Source: Chloracidobacterium sp. CP2_5A
Lineage (GTDB): Bacteria; Acidobacteriota; Blastocatellia; Chloracidobacteriales; Chloracidobacteriaceae
Assembly: GCA_002254845.1 (NCBI GenBank)
Contig: NKPT01000005.1
Location: forward strand, 31,213 to 95,212
Length of the DNA: 64,000 nt
Direction of reading: 5' to 3'
Shown here: one piece after another, positions 1 to 9,000 of the stretch
How the letters are laid out: each line of letters opens with the position of its first letter
Numbering within the stretch: the stretch's first letter is position 1
Program-made: the position numbers and the translations under genes
Notes under the pieces: generated by a model
What the model was told of the DNA's origin: nothing
The model's database searches: none
The model's input: only the letters and a program-made list of their open reading frames with translations

Positions 1-47
1 CCGCATCTTGGCGCACAGCGGCTCGCTTTGGCGAGCTTAGCCAGCCC

Positions 48-71
48 GCAGCTTAGAAAGCAGCTTAGAAA
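48..71. repeat. Perfect 12-nt tandem duplication (gcagcttagaaa x2), with a partial third copy 'agcttag' at 34-40
   Basis: Read directly: 48-59 and 60-71 are identical. It lies in the spacer upstream of the tolC-like gene. Confidence 0.9.
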
Positions 72-184
72 ATCGCCGACGACGAGCCCGCTGGGAGGGG
101 CTTTCCGTACGGAAAATTACGCCGTCCAGTCGGCTGGCGCGCATAAATATCGAGAGGCGTCATTTCCGACGAAACTTGCTCGGC

Positions 185-236
185 GGCGCTTTCGTAAAGC
201 GCCACGATTGCCGCTACGGCTTTTATTCTTTTTTCT
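185..236 (+). terminator. Candidate hairpin plus T-rich tract directly upstream of the tolC-like start
   Basis: Perfect 8-bp stem ggcgcttt/aaagcgcc (185-192/196-203, loop cgt), then 'ttttattcttttttc' at 221-235. It could terminate an off-window upstream gene. The T tract is about 18 nt from the stem, so this is weak. Confidence 0.3.
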
Positions 237-239
237 AGA

Positions 240-1991
240 ATGCCGCTGATCGCTATGTCGTCGCGCTACCGACTGCTTTGCCTCGCCCTCGCGCTTGCCG
301 CTGGCCACGGACTCGCCGCGCTTCCCGCGCGCGCCCAGAATGCTGGCGCGCCAGACGCTTCGCTATCCGGCGTCGTCGCCCAAAATCCGACGCCCCCGGC
401 CGGCGGCGGGCAAAGCCTGTCGCTTCCCGTCGCCGACCAGCGCGTCAAGCGCGCCCTTGAAGAGCTGCCGACCGCTCGGATTGGCGTCGCGCCGGGACGC
501 CTGATGCGCCTCTCTCTGCGCGACGCTATCCTCATGGCGCTGCGCAACAATCAGGATATCGAGGTCGAGCGGGCCAACGTTCAGCTGGCCCAGCAAAACG
601 AGCGCGGCTCGTTTGGCAGCTACGACCCGCTTCTCCAAGCAGCCGTGCAGTTTCAGTCCTCCATATCCCCGACCGCCCAGACCTTTATTGGCGCGGAGGG
701 CGGCGCGTTCAAGCGCAAGCAGCTGCAGTTCACGCCGACGCTGGCTCAGAACTTGCCGACTGGAGGCAACTACGTGATTACCTTCTCCAACAGCCGCGAA
801 ACCAACAACGCGGGTTCCGCCGGGCTAAGCCCGCAGTACTTCACAACGCTCGACTTTCGCTTCACGCAGCCACTGTTTCGCAACTTCCGGTCCAGCGCCA
901 ACGAGCGCCTGGTCAAGGTGAGCCGCAAGCAACTGACGCTGAGCGACGCGCAGTTTCGGCAGCGCGTGCTAACGACCATCGCTTCGGTACAGGCTTCTTA
1001 CTGGGATTTGGTTTTCGCCATTCGCAACCTTCAAATTCAGCGCGATGCCGTCGAGCTGGCGGATATTTCCCTGGCGGTGACGCGCCGCCAGGTCGAGGTC
1101 GGCACGAGCGCGCCCATCAACGTGGTTGAAAACGAATCCGAGCTTGAAAACCGCAAAAACGCCGCGATTACCGCGCTTCAGCAAATTACCACGGCGGAAA
1201 ACCAGCTCAAGCAGCTCATTCTGGGCGACCCGCAAGCCGATGAATGGCAAGCGGCCATTGAGCCGACCGACGACGTGGATTTCACGCCCGTCGAGCTTGA
1301 CGTTCAGCAGGCGCTAGCCAGCGCGCTCCGCAACCGCCCGGAGCTTGAGCAGATTCGCTTGCAGCAGGAGCTCAACGACATCGAGCGGCGCTTTGCCGAA
1401 AATCAGCGCAAGCCTCAAGTCGATGCCTTCACGGCGCTGACGCTGAGCGGTCTGAGCGGCACATCGCGGCTGGAACTGCCGCCTGGCAGTCCGGCGCAGA
1501 TCAACCAGCGGTTTATTGGCGGCTATGGCACGGCGCTCAACAACCTGTTCTCGCTTGACTTCCCGACCTACACGGTCGGGGCCAACTTTTCCTTTACCTT
1601 CCGCAACCGAACCGCCGAGGCCGCGGTCGGGCGCGCGCTCGCCACCGGACGCCAGCTCAAGGCGCAGGAGCGCAATCTTCAGCAAGGCATTCAAGTCGAA
1701 GTGCGGAACGGGTTGCAGGCGGTCGCATCCGCCCGGCAGCGCGTGGAAGCGACGCGCGCCGCGCGCGTGGCGGCTGAAACGCAGCTGCGGGGCGAGCAAC
1801 AACGCTACGCGGCGGGGCTGTCCACGACCTTTCTGATTCTTGACCGCCAGAACCGGCTCTCCATCGCGCGCGGCAATGAAATCCAGGCCCTGACCGACTA
1901 CAACAAGGCGGTAGCCCAGCTCCAGCGCACGCTTGGCACGTCGCTTACCGTGAATGGCATCGAAATTAAGGAGTCCGCTCCAACCCCCTGA
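240..1991 (+). CDS. TolC-family outer-membrane efflux protein
   Basis: 583-aa ORF with signal peptide 'LLCLALALAAGHGLAALPARAQ'. It has two internally repeated coiled-coil/OEP-type halves typical of TolC-like proteins. No adjacent membrane-fusion or pump gene. Confidence 0.8.
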   Translation: MPLIAMSSRYRLLCLALALAAGHGLAALPARAQNAGAPDASLSGVVAQNPTPPAGGGQSLSLPVADQRVKRALEELPTARIGVAPGRLMRLSLRDAILMALRNNQDIEVERANVQLAQQNERGSFGSYDPLLQAAVQFQSSISPTAQTFIGAEGGAFKRKQLQFTPTLAQNLPTGGNYVITFSNSRETNNAGSAGLSPQYFTTLDFRFTQPLFRNFRSSANERLVKVSRKQLTLSDAQFRQRVLTTIASVQASYWDLVFAIRNLQIQRDAVELADISLAVTRRQVEVGTSAPINVVENESELENRKNAAITALQQITTAENQLKQLILGDPQADEWQAAIEPTDDVDFTPVELDVQQALASALRNRPELEQIRLQQELNDIERRFAENQRKPQVDAFTALTLSGLSGTSRLELPPGSPAQINQRFIGGYGTALNNLFSLDFPTYTVGANFSFTFRNRTAEAAVGRALATGRQLKAQERNLQQGIQVEVRNGLQAVASARQRVEATRAARVAAETQLRGEQQRYAAGLSTTFLILDRQNRLSIARGNEIQALTDYNKAVAQLQRTLGTSLTVNGIEIKESAPTP

Positions 1992-2613
1992 AGCGGCGAC
2001 AGAAGCGGCGATAGAGCGGACGTTAGGGCGGTGGCGCGTCCGGCGGCTCGCGCAAACGGACTCGACCAATTGCGCCCTTAAGGCGCTTGCCCAAGGCGGC
2101 GCTCCGGCGTGGCAATGCTTATACGCCGATGAGCAAACCGCCGGGCGCGGTCAGTATGGGCGGGCGTGGCACTCCCCGCCCGGCGTTGGGCTTTACTGCT
2201 CCCTGCTGCTGCGTCCGGCGCTGACGCCCGACGAGCTGCATCACGTCACGACCTTCGCCGGGCTTATCGTATGCCGCGCGCTGGCCGAACTGGTCGGCGA
2301 CGCCGCCCGCCTCAGCGTCAAGCCCCCTAACGATGTTTTTCTCGACGGGCGAAAAGTGGCCGGCATTCTGGTCGAAGCCGACTGGCGACAGGGCAAGCTG
2401 GCCTTTTTGATTGTCGGCATCGGCGTCAATATCGGCCAAACCTCGTTCCCGGACGGGCTGCGCCACCCGGCCACCTCGTTGCGGCTCGCGCTTGGCGACG
2501 CCGCGCCAACGCGGGACATCGTTCTCCAGCGCATCCTTGAAGCCTTCGCCGCCAAGTGGGACGAGTTTGCGAGCGCGCCGGCGCAACTCGCAAAGCTCGC
2601 CGAGAAGGTATAG
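1954..2613 (+). CDS. birA: Biotin--[acetyl-CoA-carboxylase] ligase, group I (no HTH)
   Basis: Motif 'DEQTAGRGQYGRAWHSPPGVGLYCS' (a GRGRxGRxW-type biotin loop) and 'GRKVAGILVE...GIGVNIG'. The only in-frame start is ATG 1954, which overlaps the tolC-like 3' end by 38 nt. Confidence 0.8.
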   Translation: MASKLRSPLQPPEAATEAAIERTLGRWRVRRLAQTDSTNCALKALAQGGAPAWQCLYADEQTAGRGQYGRAWHSPPGVGLYCSLLLRPALTPDELHHVTTFAGLIVCRALAELVGDAARLSVKPPNDVFLDGRKVAGILVEADWRQGKLAFLIVGIGVNIGQTSFPDGLRHPATSLRLALGDAAPTRDIVLQRILEAFAAKWDEFASAPAQLAKLAEKV

Positions 2614-2697
2614 TCTTTCATTGCCGCGTCCTGCGCGGCGGTTGAGTCTAACGGCGACAGCGCCAGACCAAGACGATCTGTTCCGGGAGTTACGACC

Positions 2698-3624
2698 ATG
2701 CGCCATACGGATGACTTTTCGCCTCGTCGCCCGCCTCAGGCCGGACAGACGCTTGCCGTTCCGATTGAGGAAAACCGCAACTCCTCGCTGATCTGGCTCA
2801 TTCTGGCGACGGTCGCCACGTTGGTGCTGATGGGCGTGCCCTTCGCCTCGGTCATCACCTTCCCAATTCGCATGTTCGTCACCTTCGTCCATGAAGGCAG
2901 CCACGCGATGGCGGCGTTGCTGAGCGGCTACCAGGTCATCCGCATGACGATTCACTGGGACGGCAGCGGGCTGACGCTAACCACCGGGCAAAACTGGTTC
3001 ATCGCCAGCGCCGGGTATCTTGGCACCATGCTGTTTGGCGTCTTCCTGCTTTATCAGGCGCAGCGCCGCGACCGGGTCGGACTGCTGCTGGTCGGCTCCG
3101 GCATGCTGACGCTGCTGCTGACCATCCTGTTTGTGAACGGACAGGCATCCTGGCTGATGGTTTTGCCGCTGGCGCTCGCCGGCGCGCTTCTGCTGGGCGG
3201 CTTGCGGACCAACCTGCCGATGATCGCCCGCTGGGGCCTGCTTGGCGCAGGCGGGTTTCTCGTTTTCCTGCTGGCCGCGCTGTGCGCCCTGACCGGCACG
3301 CTCTATAGCTGGATCGCCGGGCTGAGCGTCGGCGTCAGCCTCATCGCCTTGGGCGTGTTGACCAAGCCGGTCGTCGGACAGTTCATCGTGAATTTTCTGG
3401 CCGTGCAGTGTTGTCTGGACGCGCTGTCGGACCTCAAGACGCTGTTTTTCCTTTCCGCCTTCGCCAACGCGCAAAGCGACGCCGCCAACATGGCGCGGAT
3501 GACGGGCATTCCGGCATTCATCTGGGCCACGCTCTGGCTTGTCTCCGGCGCGCTCCTGCTGGGCGTCACGCTCTGGATGATCTTCCAGCGCCCCCAGAAG
3601 CGAAGCGTCGGCGCGGCGCGGTAG
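2698..3624 (+). CDS. Polytopic membrane protein, peptidase M50B-like
   Basis: About 8 predicted hydrophobic helices. 'FVHEGSHAMAALLSG' resembles the HExxH helix of M50B-like proteins. Confidence 0.55.
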   Translation: MRHTDDFSPRRPPQAGQTLAVPIEENRNSSLIWLILATVATLVLMGVPFASVITFPIRMFVTFVHEGSHAMAALLSGYQVIRMTIHWDGSGLTLTTGQNWFIASAGYLGTMLFGVFLLYQAQRRDRVGLLLVGSGMLTLLLTILFVNGQASWLMVLPLALAGALLLGGLRTNLPMIARWGLLGAGGFLVFLLAALCALTGTLYSWIAGLSVGVSLIALGVLTKPVVGQFIVNFLAVQCCLDALSDLKTLFFLSAFANAQSDAANMARMTGIPAFIWATLWLVSGALLLGVTLWMIFQRPQKRSVGAAR

Positions 3625-3768
3625 ATCGCATCGAATCACGCCCATTCCCAGGCAGGGCGGCACGGAACGCCGCCCCATTGAAAAGGCCGCCCGCCGCCGG
3701 ACTCAAGGGGAGCGACCGCCGGGAGCCTGGCTTTGCCCTAAAGCCATTGAGTCACAGGCGCGAAACGC

Positions 3769-5466
3769 CTACGCCAGGCGCGGGAGGGCTTCGCGAGGAA
3801 AGGCCATCACCGCGCGGCTTTCGCGCGCCAACGCCTGTCCCGGCGCGCCTTTGCGCAGGCGCGACACATGCCGCCGCTCCGCCACGCGCACTTCCACCCG
3901 CTGCGCCCGCTTGGCTTGCGAGAAATAGGCCGCCAACTCGGCCGCTGCCAGGACCACCTGCGGCGGCACTGGCTTCCGCTGCGGATTGCGTATGACAACG
4001 TGCGCCCCCGGATAATCCGCCGCGTGTAGCCAGAGGTCATGCGGACGCGCCAGCTCAAACGTCAACCGGTCGTTGTCGCGGGATGTTCGCCCAACGACAA
4101 TCTCATAGCCTTCTGGGCCGCGATACCGTCGCAGGCCGGACCAGTCGCTTTTCTCATTTGACTTGTTCTCGACTGGCAACCCCTCGCGCGGCTGCAAAGC
4201 AAACGGAATCCGCTCGCGCAGCTCGTCAATGCAAGCCGCCAGCGCCGACTCGTCGTCCGTCGCCGCCAGCGCCTGGTCAAGACGCGCGGCGTCCGCCAGC
4301 TCGGCTTCCAGCGCCGCCCGCCGGTCGGCATTGGCCGCGAGCGCCCGCTGCGCTCGCTGGTAGCGCCGTAAATAACGCTGCGCGGCGATTGCCAAATCCT
4401 CGGACGCTGATTCAAGCGGAATGATGGCGGCTGGCTGCTCGTCGGCGTAGTAGTCCACGACCTCGACGCCCTGCGGGGTTCGCTTGGCCGTGGCGATGTT
4501 GGCGTAGAGCAGCTCGCCCCACCGCCGCCACCGCTCCGCTTCGCGCGCTTGGGCATTCGCGGCGTCCAGCTTGCCGAGCGCTCGCTCAATCCGCTTGCGC
4601 CACGTCGTCGTCGCCTGCCGCCATCGGCGGCGCCGCTCAAGCAAGGACGCCTGACGCTCGCGACGCTCAAAAAGCGCCTCCACGGCCTCCAGCGCGGAGG
4701 CAAAGGTCGCGACCGGCAACGCCGGCGCGCTGGTCAGCCGAAGCGGAAAAACATCCGGCCCTTCAGGCAACTCGTACAAAAAAAATGTCTTTGGATGAGC
4801 GAGCTCCTCGCGGACGGACTCAAAGGCGGGCCAGGTTGCGCCGGACCGCGCTCGAAACGCCGCCTCGCGCGCCACGCGGGGGCGACAGCCAAACACGCGC
4901 TCGAGCAAGAATGATTCCAGCGCCTCCGGCTGTTCAGGCAGCAAGTCAGGCGTCACCTCTAACCAACCCAGCCGGCGACGCTCCCCGACCGGCTGCCGGT
5001 ACAATTCGCCCGGCGTCCCCTCCCACGGGCGCAGAGCGTCCACAACCCGCTCGTCTTCGGTTAGGAGCCAGAGATTCGCGCGCCGGCCTGTCAGATCGTG
5101 CCGCAGCAACCACCGGGCAGGCCGCTCGGCATCGTCAAAGCCGGCAAAGGCCAGCGTTACCGAGCGCTCGGCCGCCGCCTTGACAACGCCCGCGAGCCGA
5201 GCGCCGCGCAGCGCCTTGCGCAGCCGCGCGACAAAGGGCGGCTCGCTCGCCGCGTCAAGCTCGCGCGGATGGCGGCAAGCGAGATACAAACGGCTGTCAT
5301 GCGGGCGCGCGGCGATGAAAAGCCAGCGACCGTCGCGCCGCCGCAGATCGAGCGCGACGGCGTCCCGTCCAGCGGCGGCAACCTTGCCGACCGGCAGCCC
5401 GTGATCGAGCCGCGCCAGCTCGACGCTCAGCTCCTTCGCCAGCGCCGCTAATAGAAAAGCGTCCAT
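3769..5466 (-). CDS. rqcH: NFACT-family protein (FbpA/RqcH-like ribosome quality-control factor)
   Basis: N-terminal NFACT-N-like 'MDAFLLAALAKELS', an Arg/Ala-rich coiled-coil middle, and C-terminal DUF814/NFACT-R 'YEIVVGRTSRDNDRLTF...DLWLHAADYPGAHVVI'. Start set to ATG 5466 rather than the ORF-track start at 5589. Confidence 0.75.
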   Translation of the reverse strand: MDAFLLAALAKELSVELARLDHGLPVGKVAAAGRDAVALDLRRRDGRWLFIAARPHDSRLYLACRHPRELDAASEPPFVARLRKALRGARLAGVVKAAAERSVTLAFAGFDDAERPARWLLRHDLTGRRANLWLLTEDERVVDALRPWEGTPGELYRQPVGERRRLGWLEVTPDLLPEQPEALESFLLERVFGCRPRVAREAAFRARSGATWPAFESVREELAHPKTFFLYELPEGPDVFPLRLTSAPALPVATFASALEAVEALFERRERQASLLERRRRWRQATTTWRKRIERALGKLDAANAQAREAERWRRWGELLYANIATAKRTPQGVEVVDYYADEQPAAIIPLESASEDLAIAAQRYLRRYQRAQRALAANADRRAALEAELADAARLDQALAATDDESALAACIDELRERIPFALQPREGLPVENKSNEKSDWSGLRRYRGPEGYEIVVGRTSRDNDRLTFELARPHDLWLHAADYPGAHVVIRNPQRKPVPPQVVLAAAELAAYFSQAKRAQRVEVRVAERRHVSRLRKGAPGQALARESRAVMAFPREALPRLA

Positions 5467-5506
5467 TGGGCAAGCTCCGCGGACTCGGCGGGCCTGAAAA
5501 CGGGGG

Positions 5507-6004
5507 TCAGTTCGAGCGGTAGTTCGTAAACTGCATGTCGATTCCGAAATCATGCGCCCGCAGCTTGGCGATGACCTCCTGCAAAACATCCCGATCCTTG
5601 CCGCTCACGCGCACCATGTCGCCGTTGATGGCGGCTTGCACCTTCGCCTTCGTGTCCTTGATGAACTTGACAATCTCGCGGGCCTTTTCGGTCGGAATGC
5701 CCTGCTGTAACGCGACCCGCTGCCGAATGGTTCCGCCCGCCGCCGGCTCGATTTTTCCATATTCAAGCGCCTTGAGCGGCACGTTGCGCTTGATGAGCTT
5801 TGACTCAAGGATGTCCGTCACGCTTTTGAGCTTATAATCGTCGTCCGACACCAGCACGATGTCGCGGCCTTCGAGTTCAATCCGGCTCTGACTTCCCTTG
5901 AAATCAAAGCGCTGGCTGATTTCCTTGGTCGCCTGGTTGATGGCGTTGACAACCTCCGCCATATCAACCTGCGAGACAATATCGAACGAGTTATCCTTTG
6001 CCAT
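5507..6004 (-). CDS. yajQ: YajQ-family nucleotide / cyclic-di-GMP-binding protein (UPF0234)
   Basis: 165 aa. 'MAKDNSFDIVSQVDMAEVVNAINQATKEISQRFDFKGS' is the characteristic YajQ N-terminus. Confidence 0.9.
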   Translation of the reverse strand: MAKDNSFDIVSQVDMAEVVNAINQATKEISQRFDFKGSQSRIELEGRDIVLVSDDDYKLKSVTDILESKLIKRNVPLKALEYGKIEPAAGGTIRQRVALQQGIPTEKAREIVKFIKDTKAKVQAAINGDMVRVSGKDRDVLQEVIAKLRAHDFGIDMQFTNYRSN

Positions 6005-6044
6005 AGGTCCGGTCGTGACTGGTCAAGAAAAAATCTTGGGATGG

Positions 6045-9000
6045 CTATGCGTCCGGCGGACGCGGAACATAGAGGACAAACTGCCTGGCGCTTGTCGCCC
6101 ATTGCTCTAGGAGCAAGCCCACGGCGCGGCTTTCGATTTCTACCATGAAATCCGTCAGCAGCGCGCGCAGCGCGGCCAACTCATCCGGCGTCGGCGTCCG
6201 CTCCGCGAGAAAATTCCAGTTAACGTGCGTCGCCGGCGCGCCCCCGAAAATGTAAATGCGTCCGCCGGTCATCCCGGCGCCGAGGTTCTTCGAGGTCGGC
6301 CCGAGGATCACGACTTGCCCGCCGGTCATGTACTCGCAGGCGTGCAGGCCGACGCCGTGCACGACGGCCGTGGCCCCGCTATTGCGGACGGCGAAGCGGT
6401 CGCCGGCAAACCCGCCAACGTAGAGCGTTCCGCCGGTCGCGCCATAAAGCGCCGCATTGCCAATCAGGGCGTTGGTTTCCGCCTCGTCGCGCCAGGCGGG
6501 ATGCGGTCGAATGACAATTTTCCCGCCGCTCATGCCTTTTCCAACCGAATCATTCGCCTCGCCCCGCAAGCCAAGCCGGATGCCGTCGGTCAGAAACACG
6601 CCAAACCCTTGACCGGCGCTGCCGGTGAAGCGAAGCGTGACGCTCGGCTCGTTGACGATGAAAGCGGCGCCGCTCTCAGATTCTCGCTCGCTCTTGAATT
6701 CTCGCTCGTGGGCGGCGCGCGCCAGCCAGCCGGCGAGCGTAGCCGGCACAGCGCGGTCAAAGCTTGTGATGGCGTAGTCGCCGTCATAGGCGGCTTGGCC
6801 AGCTAACAGGCTCGCCCGCGCGTCATTGAGCAGACGCTCATTGAGCTCGCCCACGCGAAAAGGCGCTCGCCCAACCGGCGGCGGCAGCGGCAGCGGCGGG
6901 GCGAGAAAAAACGAAAGATCAAGCCTCCGCTCCGCGATGCGCTCCGCGTGACGCGGATTAGGCGCGAGCAGGTCGGTTCGCCCAATTGCGGCGGTCAGCG
7001 TTGGAAGCCCGGCTTTGGCCAGCCACTGCCGCGCGTCATCAGCAATGGCTTCGAACAGACGCGCGACCTGATTGGGGTCGCCAGCGTATTTGGCCTTGCG
7101 CTTGGGGTCATGCGTGGCAATGCCGGCTGGACACTGATTGGTTTCGCAAATCCGCGCCATGATGCAGCCTTCCGCGATCAGCGCCAGCTTGCCAAAGTCA
7201 AACTCCTCCGCGCCCAGCACGGATGCCAGGACGACATCGAGTCCCGTTGACAGCCCGCCATCCACCCGGAGCGTCACATCGCCGCGCAGTCCCTCTTCGC
7301 AAAGGGCGCGATGCGCCTCGGCAAGCCCGATTTCCCAGGGCAGTCCGGCATGCGCCATCGAAGCGAGACCGGCTGCGCCTGTTCCGCCATCGCCGCCGGC
7401 GATGTGGATGACGTCAGCCCCGGACTTGGCCACGCCGACAGCGATCGTGCCGACGTTGGCGCCGGCAACCAGCTTGACGCTCACCCGCGCCTGCGGGCGC
7501 AGGCTCTTTAGCTCCTCGACAAGCTGCTTGAGGTCTTCGATGCTGTAGATGTCATGCATCGGCGGCGGCGAAATCAAGTCCATGTCGGGCGTCGCATGAC
7601 GCGCCCGCGCAATTTCCGGCGTCACTTTATGACGCATCAACTGTCCGCCCTCGCCCGGCTTCGCCCCCTGGGCGATCTTGATCTGGATTTCATCTCCGGT
7701 GACGAGATAGCGCGCAGTCACGCCAAACCGGGCTGAGCCAATTTGCTTGATGGTCGCCGTGACGCCGGACTCAAAGTAGTATGGATTCTCGCCGCCTTCG
7801 CCGCTGTTGCTGCGCCCCCCCAGCTTTCGCATGGCGAGAATCAAGTCCCGCTGCGACTCGGCGCTAATCGCCCCAAATGACATGCCGCCCGTGCCAAACG
7901 CCTTCAGAATTGCGGCGCGAGGCTGAACGGCCTCCAGCGACAGCGGCGCGACATCCGAGCGAATCGTGAGCAGGTGACGCGGGCTGACCGGCTCGCTTTC
8001 CGCCCCCAGGGTCACATATTCGGCGTAGCGTTCCGGCAACGGCTCGGCGCTCCGAACAAAGGCATGAACAACCCGCGCCCGGCCCGTCGTCATCGAGTGG
8101 CGCTCGCCGTAAGCGCCCTGCGTGTCTTCCTTGAAGCGGAAATAACGCGGCAGCCCGCGTAGGTCGAGCGCGTCGCTTCCGTCCGCCTCGGCGCGCAGCC
8201 AGCTCGCGTGAATCTCAAGCTGACGCTGAGCGAGGTCATCCAGCTCAAGACCGCCGAGACAGCTTTCCTTCCCGGGAAAGAACTCATCCAACAGCTTTGG
8301 CCCCAGGCCGATGGGCGTGAAAAGCTGCGCATTCTGATAGCTAGCCAGCACGGAAATGCCCATCTTAGCCATGATCTTCAGCACGCCGCCAGTTAGCGCC
8401 TTGATCAGGTTCGCCTCGCGCGCGTCAGGCGGCAGGTCATCCAGCTTCGGGTGGCGACCAAATCGGGCGCAGTCGAGGGCGACGCGCGGGCAGACGGCCG
8501 CCGCGCCGAAGCTAATAAGCGCCGCGACGTGATGCGCCGCGCGCGCTTCTCCCGTATCAAGAACCAACGCGGCGTCAAGCAGCATGCCGGACTCGTTGAG
8601 ACCATTGACAATCGCGCGCAGGGCCAGAAGGCTGGGAATGGGCGCCCGCGTCGCGCTCACCTTGCCGTCGCTTACAAGCAGCGCTGATGCCCCGTGTTCA
8701 GCCAGATTCAAAGCCTGCCGCTGAAGCTCCGCCAGGGCCGCCCGCAGCCCGCGCGCGCCGTCGGCGACGGCGAAGGTGGCGTCGAGTTCCGCGACGTGAA
8801 CGCCCAGCCGCGTCGTTCCCAATGCGGCGCGCAAGCTCGCCAGCGCTGACAGCGACAGCACGGGGCCGTCCAGCTCGATGGCGGGCGGCATCGGCACCAG
8901 CGTCTTGGGGGCGAAGATGTTGGGCTTGGCGCCGAGGTAAACCTTGGTGTCCATGACCAGCGCCTCGCGCAGGTAGTCCACTGGCGGATTCGTCACCTGA

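Noticed and set aside
3654-3676. GC hairpin (gggcggc...gccgccc) between the convergent M50B-like and rqcH genes as an intrinsic terminator. Similar GC stems occur at 10477-10507, 46714-46728 and 61849-61868.
   Set aside because: Stems are present but no U-tract follows on either strand. The one clear terminator in this window (51645-51679) shows that canonical T-runs are used here, so these hairpins remain unassigned.
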